Made by a program: the position numbers and the translations under genes | The notes under the pieces: model-generated | Seen by the model: only the letters and a program-made list of their open reading frames with translations | Databases searched by the model: none | Told to the model about the DNA's origin: nothing | Assembly: GCA_016936235.1 (NCBI GenBank) | Contig: JAFGPK010000093.1 | Coordinates: 99 to 64,098 of the forward strand | DNA from: Candidatus Fermentibacteraceae bacterium | GTDB taxonomy: Bacteria; Fermentibacterota; Fermentibacteria; Fermentibacterales; JCC-6 | Reading direction: 5' to 3' | DNA length: 64,000 bases | Shown: positions 28,002 through 37,237 of the stretch, piece after piece | How the letters are laid out: each line of letters starts with the position of its first letter | Position numbering within the stretch: the stretch's first letter is position 1

Positions 28002-30596
28002 CTATTCTCTGCCCTCTGAAGGTCTCATGACGAACTCGTCGCCATCCGCATCCAGCAAGACCCTCTGGCCCGGGCGCACCGTCCCCGCGATTATCGCATC
28101 GGCCAGCTGATTCTGGACGTGCTTCTGTATGACTCTCTTCAGGGGTCTGGCGCCGAAAGCCGGGTCGTACCCCAGGGAAGCCAGCAGGTCAAGGGCCGGC
28201 CCGGTGGGCTCAAGGACCAGGTTCTGCTCCTTCAGTATCCTGTTCAGTTTCCTGAGCTGGATCTCCACGATCTCCCGCAGTTCCTCCCTGCCCAGGGGCC
28301 TGAACACTATCACGTCGTCTATGCGGTTCAGGAACTCAGGTCTGAAGTGGACTCCCAGTTCCCTCTTGGCTCTCTCGGACAGCTCGTCCTGCGAAAGCTT
28401 CCCCGCTGCTTCGGCTATCCAGTCGCTTCCAAGGTTGCTCGTCATTATTATCACGGAGTTCCTGAAATCCACGGTCCTTCCCTGACCGTCGGTGAGACGG
28501 CCCTCGTCCAGGATCTGGAGGAATACGTTGAAGACCTGGGGGTGCGCCTTCTCTATCTCGTCGAAGAGCACCACTGAATAGGGTCTGCGTCTTACCGCCT
28601 CGGTAAGGTATCCACCCTCGTCGTACCCGACATATCCCGGCGGCGCTCCGATCAGCCTGGATACCGAGTGTTTCTCCATGAACTCGCTCATGTCGATCCT
28701 CACCATGGCGTTCTCGTCGTCGAAGAGAAAATCCGCCAGGGACCTGGCCAGCTCCGTCTTGCCCACACCGGTGGGTCCCATGAAAACGAAGCTCCCAAGG
28801 GGCCTGTTGGGGTCCTGCACGCTTGCCCTGGATCTTCTGACCGCCTCGGCCACGGCGGACACGGCCTCATCCTGGCCGACTATTCTTCTGTGGAGCTCGT
28901 CCTCCAGGGTCAGGAGCCTCTGCTTCTCGCTTTCCAGAAGCCTCGAGACCGGTATTCCCGTCCATTTGGAGACCACCTCGGCGATGTCCTCAGGCGTTAT
29001 TTCCTCAGAGAGGAGGGAACCTTCCTTCTGAAGCTGGTCCAGCCTATCCTTCAGTTCACCCGTCTCGCTCTCCAGATCCCTTATCCTGCCGTACCTTATC
29101 TCAGCGACTTTCTCGAGGTCACCCTGGCGTTCGGCGATCTTCGACTGACCTCGAAGATCCTCTATCTTCCTGGCATTGTCCCTTATCCTGTCTATGAGGT
29201 CCTTCTCGTTCTTCCACTTGAACTCCAGCGCCGTCCTCTCCTCCTCCAGTCCGGCAAGCTCCTTCTCGATGGTCCGGAGCTCCTGGAGACAGTCCTCTTC
29301 CCCTTCCCTCCGCAGACCTTCACGCTCGATCTCCAGCCTCATGATACGGCGCCTTATCTCGTCTATGGATTCGGGCATGCTGTCTATCTCTATCCGGAGT
29401 CTGCTGGCAGCCTCGTCAACCAGGTCTATCGCCTTGTCCGGCAGGAACCTGTCGGTGATGTACCTGTTGGAAAGAGACGCTGCGGCCATGAGGGCCGCGT
29501 CCTGTATGATGATGCCGTGATGGCTCTCGTACCTGTCGCGGAGACCCCTGAGGATACTGACGGTGTCCTCCACTGAAGGCGGGGCGACCACAACCGGCTG
29601 GAACCGCCTCTCAAGGGCTGCGTCCTTCTCGATGTGCTTTCTGTACTCATCCAGCGTGGTGGCGCCGATGCAGTGAAGCTCGCCCCTTGCAAGAGCAGGT
29701 TTGAGCATGTTGGCCGCGTCGACGGCGCCCTCTGCGGCACCGGCACCCACAAGTGTATGCATCTCGTCTATGAAAAGGATTATTCGACCCTCGGCGTCGG
29801 CGATCTCCTTCAGGACGGCCTTCAGTCTCTCCTCGAACTCACCCCTGAACTTGGCCCCGGCGACCAGTGCGCCCATATCCAGGGCCATGACGCTCTTCTC
29901 CCTGAGGGTCTCCGGCACATCGCCCTCTGTGATCCTCCTGGCGAGACCCTCTACTATTGCTGTCTTGCCGACTCCCGGTTCGCCGATGAGAACGGGGTTG
30001 TTCTTCCTCCTGCGGCCCAGGACCTGCATGACCCTTCTTATCTCGTCGTCCCTCCCGATGACGGGGTCGAGCTTCTCCCGTCGGGCCATGGCCGTAAGGT
30101 CGCGGGTGTACTTCTCCAGCGCCTTGTAAGTTGACTCCGCAGACTCGGTGGCGACCCTGGACGAACCCCTGACCGAAGCAAGAGCTTCCAGGAAGTCCTT
30201 TTCCGTCACCCCGCTGGATCCCAGGATATCCGCCACCGTATCCCCGGAACCGAGCAGGCCCAGGAAGAGGTGCTCCCTGGCCACGTACTCGTCCTTCATC
30301 CCCGCCGCTATCTTCTCCGCCGAACTGAGCGCCCTGGCCAGACCGACTGCCATCCTGGGCTCCGATCCGCCGCTGGTCTTCGGCAGCGACCCGAGGACGC
30401 CGGTCAGCTCATCCCTTAGGGCCTGACGGTTGACCTCGAGGCTGTCCAGCACTCCCGTTATCAGACTGTCCCGTTCGTCCAGGAGGACCACCGCCAGATG
30501 CACCGGGGCGATGTCAGGGTTGCCGGCCTCCATGGCCATGTGTCCGGCTTCCTGTATCGCTTCCCTTGACTTTATGGTGAACTTATCGAAATTCAT
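28002..30596 (-). CDS. clpB: ATP-dependent chaperone ClpB
   Basis: 864 aa. Clp N-domain, two AAA+ modules (Walker A GEPGVGKT and GPTGVGKT), a long coiled-coil middle domain, and a signature GARPLKR. AGGAGG lies 7 nt upstream of the ATG. Confidence 0.95.
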   Translation of the reverse strand: MNFDKFTIKSREAIQEAGHMAMEAGNPDIAPVHLAVVLLDERDSLITGVLDSLEVNRQALRDELTGVLGSLPKTSGGSEPRMAVGLARALSSAEKIAAGMKDEYVAREHLFLGLLGSGDTVADILGSSGVTEKDFLEALASVRGSSRVATESAESTYKALEKYTRDLTAMARREKLDPVIGRDDEIRRVMQVLGRRRKNNPVLIGEPGVGKTAIVEGLARRITEGDVPETLREKSVMALDMGALVAGAKFRGEFEERLKAVLKEIADAEGRIILFIDEMHTLVGAGAAEGAVDAANMLKPALARGELHCIGATTLDEYRKHIEKDAALERRFQPVVVAPPSVEDTVSILRGLRDRYESHHGIIIQDAALMAAASLSNRYITDRFLPDKAIDLVDEAASRLRIEIDSMPESIDEIRRRIMRLEIEREGLRREGEEDCLQELRTIEKELAGLEEERTALEFKWKNEKDLIDRIRDNARKIEDLRGQSKIAERQGDLEKVAEIRYGRIRDLESETGELKDRLDQLQKEGSLLSEEITPEDIAEVVSKWTGIPVSRLLESEKQRLLTLEDELHRRIVGQDEAVSAVAEAVRRSRASVQDPNRPLGSFVFMGPTGVGKTELARSLADFLFDDENAMVRIDMSEFMEKHSVSRLIGAPPGYVGYDEGGYLTEAVRRRPYSVVLFDEIEKAHPQVFNVFLQILDEGRLTDGQGRTVDFRNSVIIMTSNLGSDWIAEAAGKLSQDELSERAKRELGVHFRPEFLNRIDDVIVFRPLGREELREIVEIQLRKLNRILKEQNLVLEPTGPALDLLASLGYDPAFGARPLKRVIQKHVQNQLADAIIAGTVRPGQRVLLDADGDEFVMRPSEGRE

Positions 30597-30703
30597 TACT
30601 TACCTCCTGCAGGAAAATAGAAGCATATCTCCTGCCAGGCAATCATCATCCGGCAAGGTCTCCGGGTCGCTTCGCGGGCGGTTTTCACTCAGTTCACCGG
30701 GAC

Positions 30704-30742
30704 AATGTCCCATTTTCAGGCCCGGCACGAAAATGGGACATT
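30704..30742. promoter_or_regulatory. Perfect 14-bp palindrome in the clpB / oxidoreductase divergent intergenic region (candidate operator)
   Basis: AATGTCCCATTTTC at 30704-30717, an 11-nt spacer, then GAAAATGGGACATT at 30729-30742. It lies 108-146 nt upstream of the clpB ATG. Confidence 0.4.
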
Positions 30743-30848
30743 CAGGGTGCGCCAGAATGGCCTGCAGATAACAGCTTTACTGTTCCCGATACTCGTTGTA
30801 GTGTATTCCGAATGGATGGAAGAGAGTATCTCTAACGGAAGGAATTCA

Positions 30849-31841
30849 ATGGTTGACGTCGGAGTCATCGGCCTCGGCTACTGGGGGCCGAATCTGCTCA
30901 GGAACCTGTATACGAACCAGCGAAGCGGGAGATTGGTCATATGCGACTGCGACCCGGCCAGAGCGGGAAGAATGAGGTCAAGATACCCTGATCTCTACTG
31001 CACCGCCGACTGCAGGGAGGTTTTCGGGGACGACGGGCTGGATGCCGTGGTGATAGCCACTGACGTATCATCCCATTACCCGCTGGCAAAACTGGCACTG
31101 GAGGCCGGCAAGCATGTCTTCGTGGAGAAACCCTTCGCCTCCAGCGTGGAGCAGGCAGAGGAGCTGGTGGAACTGGGCAGGAGGAAGGGTCTGGTCACCA
31201 TGGTGGGGCACACCTTCATGTTCTCCCCTCCCGTGATCAAGGCCAAGGAGATCATTGACAGCGGCGAGCTTGGCGATATCTATTTCATCACCGCAAGCAG
31301 GGTCAATCTGGGGCTTCATCAGAAGGATGTATCCGTAATCTGGGACCTTGCTCCGCACGATTTTTCCATGCTCTTCTACTGGCTTGGAGAGGAGCCCAGC
31401 CGGGTCAGCGCCTTCGGGCACGCCTACGTTCTCGAAGGGATACCGGATGTGGCTTTCATCAACCTGGCCTTCCCCAGCGGGAGCATAGGTAACGTACAGG
31501 TGGCCTGGCTGGCTCCCTCGAAGCTCAGGAGAACAGTCATCGTCGGAAGCAGCAAGATGCTGGTCTACGATGACACCGAACCCATCGAGAAGATTAAGAT
31601 ATACGACAAAGGCGTTGAGCTTATCGAGCCGGAGAGTTTCGGCGAGTACCAGCTCACCTACAGGACCGGCGATATACTCTCCCCGAAACTGTCCAGCGAC
31701 GAACCCCTGGGTTCAGAGATGGAGGAGTTCCTGGCAAGCATAGAGGAGGGAAGGACTCCCAGATCCTCCGGAGAGGAGGGCCTGGCAGTCGTCCGAGCCC
31801 TGGAGAAGGCTGAGAAGAGCCTGCGAAAGGCCAGCGGCTGA
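30849..31841 (+). CDS. Gfo/Idh/MocA family NAD(P)-dependent oxidoreductase
   Basis: The ATG at 30849 (GGAAGGA upstream) gives MVDVGVIGLGYWGPNLLRNL (Rossmann GxGxxG) and EKPFASSVEQAEEL (EKP motif). The tracked 5' extension starts inside the palindrome and looks non-coding. Confidence 0.85.
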   Translation: MVDVGVIGLGYWGPNLLRNLYTNQRSGRLVICDCDPARAGRMRSRYPDLYCTADCREVFGDDGLDAVVIATDVSSHYPLAKLALEAGKHVFVEKPFASSVEQAEELVELGRRKGLVTMVGHTFMFSPPVIKAKEIIDSGELGDIYFITASRVNLGLHQKDVSVIWDLAPHDFSMLFYWLGEEPSRVSAFGHAYVLEGIPDVAFINLAFPSGSIGNVQVAWLAPSKLRRTVIVGSSKMLVYDDTEPIEKIKIYDKGVELIEPESFGEYQLTYRTGDILSPKLSSDEPLGSEMEEFLASIEEGRTPRSSGEEGLAVVRALEKAEKSLRKASG

Positions 31842-31857
31842 AAGGGAGAGACCGGGG

Positions 31858-32802
31858 ATGGATTCATCGGTCCTGCTGAGCACGGATGAGCTCAGGGTGA
31901 GGACTGGCTCCCGGGAGCCGCTGGATCTGGCAGTGCTCTCGGGGTCCCTTCTCGTTATCCTTGGCGATGATACGACAGTGGCTCCGGACCTGGCCCGGGT
32001 GCTGGCGGGGAAGATTCCCCCCGCTTCCGGCAGGATACTCCTGGAGGATGTCGGTATCGAGCTGGGCAGCAGCGAAGCCAGGGGAATCGTGGAATATGTC
32101 CCCGGCAATCCATCCTTCCCTTCGGGAATAACTCTTCGCGACCATCTGACCATGGCGGCAGCCGCTGCGGGACACCGCAGGAAGAGAACGGGCGAGATAC
32201 TGGCCCAGCTCATGAGCTGGTGCTCCCTGGAGGAGTACGCCGGATCAAAGGTCATGGAGCTTCCGGAGGAGACGAGGTACATGGCCGCCTTCGCCGCAGC
32301 CTGTCTGCCGGTCCCCGGCATACTGGTCCTTCAGGGGCCCTTCCCGGGGGAGCTGAATCCGCTGCTGGAGGACCTGTGCCAGGGGGGCGCCTCGGTGATA
32401 GCCTGCCTGCCCGGTCTCGAGCATATGCCCCAGTCAGCTGACAGGATAGCTCTATGCGATGCAAGGGACGTCAGACGGATAGTGAGGTTCGGGGAACTCT
32501 CCGAAGCCTGCTCCTCCCTGATGCGCCTGAGGGTCAAGTTTTTCCCTGCCCTTCCCAGAGCGGTTATGGAGAGTCTTCCCGGAGCCAGGCACGTTGTAGC
32601 GGTCCCGGGCGGCTACGAATTCCTTCATAGAGGCCTCAGTGCCGCTGTGACGAACCTGGTGAACCTCGCCCGCGCCAACTCCAGGCAGATAGCGGGACTG
32701 GAGGTCAGATCACCCAGTATCTCCGAGCTGGTGGAGCACTTCACTGCGGAGGAAGAAACCGGAGAGGCGGACCTGTTTTGCGGGGAAGACCTGGATATCT
32801 GA
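31858..32802 (+). CDS. ABC-transporter ATPase homologue with degenerate catalytic motifs (ABC-2/DUF4162-like architecture)
   Basis: 314 aa with AAGGGAGAG upstream. It aligns by eye to ABC ATPases. Walker A is GDDTTVAPD instead of GxxGxGK[ST]. The signature is LPEETR instead of LSGGQ. Walker B is ILVLQGP instead of hhhhDEP. Confidence 0.6.
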   Translation: MDSSVLLSTDELRVRTGSREPLDLAVLSGSLLVILGDDTTVAPDLARVLAGKIPPASGRILLEDVGIELGSSEARGIVEYVPGNPSFPSGITLRDHLTMAAAAAGHRRKRTGEILAQLMSWCSLEEYAGSKVMELPEETRYMAAFAAACLPVPGILVLQGPFPGELNPLLEDLCQGGASVIACLPGLEHMPQSADRIALCDARDVRRIVRFGELSEACSSLMRLRVKFFPALPRAVMESLPGARHVVAVPGGYEFLHRGLSAAVTNLVNLARANSRQIAGLEVRSPSISELVEHFTAEEETGEADLFCGEDLDI

Positions 32803-32828
32803 GGATATGGTTCAGTGTGGTCCGATGC

Positions 32829-33473
32829 ATGGCCCGAAGGGCCGTGAGACGAGAAGTCTTCCCATGGATCGCCCTCGGGGCTCCGCTGGCCGCATGGCTT
32901 CTTCCCGGCCAGGCAACGATCCCCATCATGCCCTTTGCCATCTCGGCCGTCACCTGGTGCCTGCCGGCCGCTTTCATGGCCGGATGGCCCGGTTCGGCCG
33001 ACAGAAACGCGCTTGCGGGCCTGCTCCATGGATCACGGGCCGGTAGATACTCCCTGATCATACCGGAAATGACGCTCCCCATCATGGCAGGCTCCCTGCC
33101 GGCCCTCCTGATGATACGGGCACTCCATACCGGCGGAGGAGGTATTCCCTGGCAGGTATGGACGGTGATACCCTTCGCCTCACTTACGGCCGCATCGGCC
33201 ACCCTTCTTCTGCAGACATACTTCGGGACGACCGGGAACCTCATCAACCTCACGGGCTTCATGGCACAGGCTTCCCTTGCTTCCTGGTCAGGTTCAGGAA
33301 TCTTTCAGCTCCTGGTACCACACGGTTACACGCTGTGGACCATCAGGTGGGCGGAAGGTTCCGGGACGGCGCTGCATGGAGACATATACGCATTCTTCGC
33401 CGTCCTGGAGGGGATCGGCCTTGCCATCCTGTCCTTCAGGGTCCTGTCGCAGGGAAATCGCGGCCGGCGATGA
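32829..33473 (+). CDS. Polytopic membrane protein (possible ABC-2-type permease partner)
   Basis: ORF 32778-33473 (TTG) with an in-frame ATG at 32829. It has about 6 hydrophobic segments and lies directly downstream of the ABC-like gene. Confidence 0.45.
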   Translation: MARRAVRREVFPWIALGAPLAAWLLPGQATIPIMPFAISAVTWCLPAAFMAGWPGSADRNALAGLLHGSRAGRYSLIIPEMTLPIMAGSLPALLMIRALHTGGGGIPWQVWTVIPFASLTAASATLLLQTYFGTTGNLINLTGFMAQASLASWSGSGIFQLLVPHGYTLWTIRWAEGSGTALHGDIYAFFAVLEGIGLAILSFRVLSQGNRGRR

Positions 33474-34103
33474 TCAAACCCTTATTCGAGACACCCACTC
33501 AGAGTCATTGAGAAAGTACCTCCTCATCATCTCCCTGCCCCTGCTGATACCCACCCGCATTCCGCAGGATATGTCATGCTCCACAGGAACCCGGGGAACC
33601 AGGATCCGGACATCCCCGACGATGAGGGAGGTCCCGTTCAGACTGCGGTCCATGCCGAAGGCCTGGCAGAGCATTCCAGGACCCCTGCAGAGCCTCCTGA
33701 TATCCCGCAGACCGCGGTTGGCGCGCATAATGTCTATGCCCTGGACAGGACGGACCGCCCTCACGAGGACCGCCTGACCCGTCCCCGGCAGGCCCGATGT
33801 GACGTTGAAGCAGTTGTGGACCCCATAGATCATGTACACGTAAGCAAGACCGCCGCCCTGGAACATAGTCCGGTTCCTGGCCGTCATTCCACCGTACGAG
33901 TGGCTGGCGGGGTCATCCCTGGTGTATGCCTCCGTCTCCACGATGACACCGGAGACCGGGCCACCGGAGGATTCCTTTTTCAGCAGACAGCCTATCAGCG
34001 CAGGCGCCAGCTCCGTGGCGGGGCTGCGGAAGAAATCCTCTCGAGGTGGAACGTAATCCATCGGAACGACCCTCCTGTTGCTGCAGGACGCTTTATCGTA
34101 CAT
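33474..34103 (-). CDS. mpg: DNA-3-methyladenine glycosylase (MPG/AAG family)
   Basis: 209 aa with MPG-family motifs (ELAPALIGCLL..., VETEAYTRDDPASHSYGGMTARNRTMF, AYVYMIYGVHNCFNV). An alternative ATG lies at 34061. Confidence 0.85.
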   Translation of the reverse strand: MYDKASCSNRRVVPMDYVPPREDFFRSPATELAPALIGCLLKKESSGGPVSGVIVETEAYTRDDPASHSYGGMTARNRTMFQGGGLAYVYMIYGVHNCFNVTSGLPGTGQAVLVRAVRPVQGIDIMRANRGLRDIRRLCRGPGMLCQAFGMDRSLNGTSLIVGDVRILVPRVPVEHDISCGMRVGISRGREMMRRYFLNDSEWVSRIRV

Positions 34104-34150
34104 TATTCAGGTGCGGACCGCAACCTGACAATGATCAAGTGGAGGAAGCG

Positions 34151-34531
34151 ATGAAGGAATGCCCTTTCTGCAATCCGGAAGAGAACAGGATCATCTGGAA
34201 GGATGAGAATGTGTATGTGCTGCGTGATCTTTACCCTGTATCCCCATCCCATACTCTGATAATACCGTTCAGACATTTCGCCAGCGTATTCGAGGCCACC
34301 GAGGAAGAGATGAGGTCCATCTCCATGGCGCTCCTCTTCCGCAAGCAGCAACTTGAAAGGTCGCTTGCCGCAGACGGATACAACATAGGCGTGAACGAGG
34401 GTTCCGCAGCGGGACAGACTATCCACCACGTCCATATTCACCTGATCCCGAGGTTCGAGAGGGACGTGGACGATCCCAGGGGCGGGATCCGGAACGTGAT
34501 CCCCGAGAAGAAGATCTACCCCGGCCTCTAG
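34151..34531 (+). CDS. HIT family hydrolase
   Basis: The ATG at 34151 follows GGAGGAAGCG. It has an N-terminal CPFC and the histidine triad HVHIHLIP. Confidence 0.85.
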   Translation: MKECPFCNPEENRIIWKDENVYVLRDLYPVSPSHTLIIPFRHFASVFEATEEEMRSISMALLFRKQQLERSLAADGYNIGVNEGSAAGQTIHHVHIHLIPRFERDVDDPRGGIRNVIPEKKIYPGL

Positions 34532-34545
34532 GGAGCAGACCTCGA

Positions 34546-35277
34546 ATGGACCTGCTGGAAGCAAGGCTGAGGGACCTCCGTGCTCCCATGGTTCTGGACG
34601 TGGCGACTGGAGGAGGAGGGTTCTCGGCCCATCTCAGGAGCGAATACGGCGGACTGGGGACCATCGTGGCGGTGGATGTCAGCGAGGATGGACTGGGCAG
34701 GGCGAGATCGAACCTGAAAAGGATTGCCGACCTGCTTCCAGTCTGCATGGATTCGGCCTGCATGGCGTTTCAAGAAGGTTGCTTCAGCCTGGTCTGCATT
34801 TCCAATTCCCTCCATCACCTGGACGGGCTCGAGGAAACTCTGGAGGAGATGATCAGGGTCCTGCGTCCAGGCGGCCGGTTCCTGGTAAGGGAGATGTACC
34901 GTGACGGGCAGACCGAGACCCAGATGACCCATGTCATGATGCACGAATGGTGGGCCGCCATAGACAGAAGGAACGGGATCTCCCATAACAGGACCTTCCG
35001 AAGGCAGGAAATACTGAACATAGTCGGCAATCTGGACCTCGAGGACGTGATCACCGGCGACTACTCGTCCCTGGAGTCCGACCCGCTTGAACAGGAGCTT
35101 GTCCGGCAACTCGACTCGGCCATAGACTCCTACCTGCACAAACTGGAGAAGACGGGAGGGGATCCCGAGCTGCGGAGGCGAGGGGATGAACTCCGGAAGA
35201 GACTCACCACCAGGGGCTTCCATTCAGCCAGCTCGCTTTCGGTAATGGGAAGAAAACCTGTCCCGCCAAAACCCTGA
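34546..35277 (+). CDS. Class I SAM-dependent methyltransferase
   Basis: 243 aa with motif I VLDVATGGGGF, post-I VDVSEDGL, and RVLRPGGRFLV. Confidence 0.75.
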   Translation: MDLLEARLRDLRAPMVLDVATGGGGFSAHLRSEYGGLGTIVAVDVSEDGLGRARSNLKRIADLLPVCMDSACMAFQEGCFSLVCISNSLHHLDGLEETLEEMIRVLRPGGRFLVREMYRDGQTETQMTHVMMHEWWAAIDRRNGISHNRTFRRQEILNIVGNLDLEDVITGDYSSLESDPLEQELVRQLDSAIDSYLHKLEKTGGDPELRRRGDELRKRLTTRGFHSASSLSVMGRKPVPPKP

Positions 35278-35410
35278 CGGACAATAGGGATAAGTCGGCC
35301 GCGAGCCGGTGCATTGCGCGCGGTTCAGCGCGGAACTATACTGTGCTGATAGGTATTACTGGAACAGTCAGCGGTATCCCGCCCCGACTGGATCTCACGA
35401 AAGGTTGATC

Positions 35411-37156
35411 ATGAAGATTTTGACAGTCCTTTTTCTGATCACGGCGGCGTCTTTCGCCGGCGTAATTTCTCCTGCGCTGCAAAGCGCCATCGAGGGCTCG
35501 GACCAGACCGAACTCCATTATGTGCTCATAAAGCCGGTGGGCTCGGTGGATACCGAGTACATAGCCCAGGCCACGGCAGGCATGACAAGGGACGAACGAC
35601 GGGAATTCGCCGCGGCGGTCATGAAGGACAGGGCCCAGTCCGCACAGGAGGGCATCCTGGCCCAGCTTGACACATACGGCGGCCAGGAGGTCCGCGGCAT
35701 CCGTCCGCTCTGGATAGTGAACGCCATCGCGGTTAACCTCTCCGGCGAAGTCATAAGGGAGGTAGCGCTCCGCGACGACGTCCTCTTCATCAGGCTCATG
35801 AACACCTGCGGCGCACTGATAGAGCCGGTGGACATCCACTCAGCGGATGAGGGCTCAAGGGCAGTTGCATGGGGGGTATCAAAGATTGGCGCCCCCGATG
35901 TATGGGCCCTGGGATACAACGGCTCCGGCGTCCTCGTCAGTGTCGTGGACACCGGCGTCAATTACAACCACCTGGACCTTCACAACAACATGTGGCACGA
36001 CACTCCCAACGGTTACCACTACGGGTGGGACTTCGATGATGACGATCCTGATCCCATGGACGTGCACGGTCACGGAACACACTGCGCCGGTAGCGTAGCC
36101 GGTGACGGAACCGCGGGTACCGAGACCGGCGTCGCCCCGGGGGCGACAATAATGGCCCTCAGGGTGGGAGTTACCTTCAGCGACGAGGCCGATGTCTGGG
36201 AAGCGTTCCAGTTCAGTATCGACCACGGAGCGGATGTCATCTCCACATCCCTCGGCTGGCCCCAGTCCCAGAGTCCCGACAGGCAGTCCTGGAGAGAGTC
36301 GGAGGAGAACATCCTGGCTGCCGGTATCTGCCATTCGATAGCAGCGGGCAACGAGGGAGGCAATCCTTCCACCCCGGGAGATATCAGGACTCCGGGCGAC
36401 TGCCCTCCCCCCTGGCTCCATCCCGATCAGACAACCACCGGCGGCCTCTCCGCCGTGGTTACCGTGGGAGCCACCGACAGCAACGACAACATCGCCGGTT
36501 TCTCCAGCGTGGGGTATTCCACCTGGATGTATGACTCCCCGTGGTACGACTACAACGACTCCTCCCCGAACATAGGGCTCATAGACCCCGATATATCCGG
36601 ACCGGGGGTGGACATCGTCAGCTGTAATTACTCCAATCCCTCGGGCTACACCACCATGAGCGGCACCTCCATGGCCACCCCTCACCTTGCCGGCTGCATG
36701 GCCCTGATCCTCAGCGCCAATCCATCGCTGAGCCCGGCGCAGGTCGACTCCCTGCTGGAGGTAACGGCCCTGGACCTTGGCAGCGCAGGCAAGGACAACA
36801 TATTCGGATCCGGAAGGGTGCAGGCCCTGGAAGCCGTCCAGGCCGCCCTGGAAGTCCCTGTGGCCGGCGGCCCCCAGGTCGGCGGAGCTTCGGGTCTCAT
36901 CCTTGCCCAGGCAGGAACCAACCCCGCTTACTCATCGGTGATGTTCGATCTCTTCACCGGCACTCCGGCCGATGTTGAGATATCGGTCTACGACCTGACC
37001 GGCAGGGTGACCGGCACCGTCCACAGCGGACAGCTTCCCCGGGGTAACCACAGTTTCACCTGGGGCATCCCGGACGAAATGGGCAGCGGGATATACTTCC
37101 TGGTTGCTTCGACTCCCGATGGCAGGGCCGCAATGAGATTCACGGTCTTGCGCTAG
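35411..37156 (+). CDS. Secreted S8 (subtilisin-like) serine peptidase with T9SS-type C-terminal sorting domain
   Basis: The ATG at 35411 gives the signal MKILTVLFLITAASFAG. The catalytic triad motifs are VVDTGV (Asp), HGTHCAG (His) and GTSMATPH (Ser). The C-terminal domain reads ...NPAYSS...ISVYDLTGRV...GIYFLVA...RFTVLR. Confidence 0.85.
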   Translation: MKILTVLFLITAASFAGVISPALQSAIEGSDQTELHYVLIKPVGSVDTEYIAQATAGMTRDERREFAAAVMKDRAQSAQEGILAQLDTYGGQEVRGIRPLWIVNAIAVNLSGEVIREVALRDDVLFIRLMNTCGALIEPVDIHSADEGSRAVAWGVSKIGAPDVWALGYNGSGVLVSVVDTGVNYNHLDLHNNMWHDTPNGYHYGWDFDDDDPDPMDVHGHGTHCAGSVAGDGTAGTETGVAPGATIMALRVGVTFSDEADVWEAFQFSIDHGADVISTSLGWPQSQSPDRQSWRESEENILAAGICHSIAAGNEGGNPSTPGDIRTPGDCPPPWLHPDQTTTGGLSAVVTVGATDSNDNIAGFSSVGYSTWMYDSPWYDYNDSSPNIGLIDPDISGPGVDIVSCNYSNPSGYTTMSGTSMATPHLAGCMALILSANPSLSPAQVDSLLEVTALDLGSAGKDNIFGSGRVQALEAVQAALEVPVAGGPQVGGASGLILAQAGTNPAYSSVMFDLFTGTPADVEISVYDLTGRVTGTVHSGQLPRGNHSFTWGIPDEMGSGIYFLVASTPDGRAAMRFTVLR

Positions 37157-37183
37157 GGCTCCCCGGGAAACCCTGAAAGTCAT

Positions 37184-37213
37184 GAACCCCGTCTTCCAAG
37201 GAAGGCGGGGTTC
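37184..37213. terminator. Stem-loop between convergent genes (probable bidirectional terminator)
   Basis: GAACCCCGTCTTCC-aa-GGAAGGCGGGGTTC forms a 14-bp stem with one G-U pair, followed by TTCTTCAGTT. It sits between the peptidase stop and the tamB stop. Confidence 0.55.
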
Positions 37214-37237
37214 TTCAGTTCCCTTGTTCCAGCGCTA

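Noticed and set aside
28668-29576. 302-aa plus-strand ORF, and similar ones at 28119-28577 and 29634-30134
   Set aside because: All are antisense to clpB. I treat the many other overlapping tracked ORFs inside recognised genes the same way.
30705-30848. 5' extension of the Gfo/Idh/MocA ORF, starting at an ATG inside the 14-bp palindrome
   Set aside because: It has no SD. The Rossmann fold begins immediately after the SD-supported ATG at 30849.
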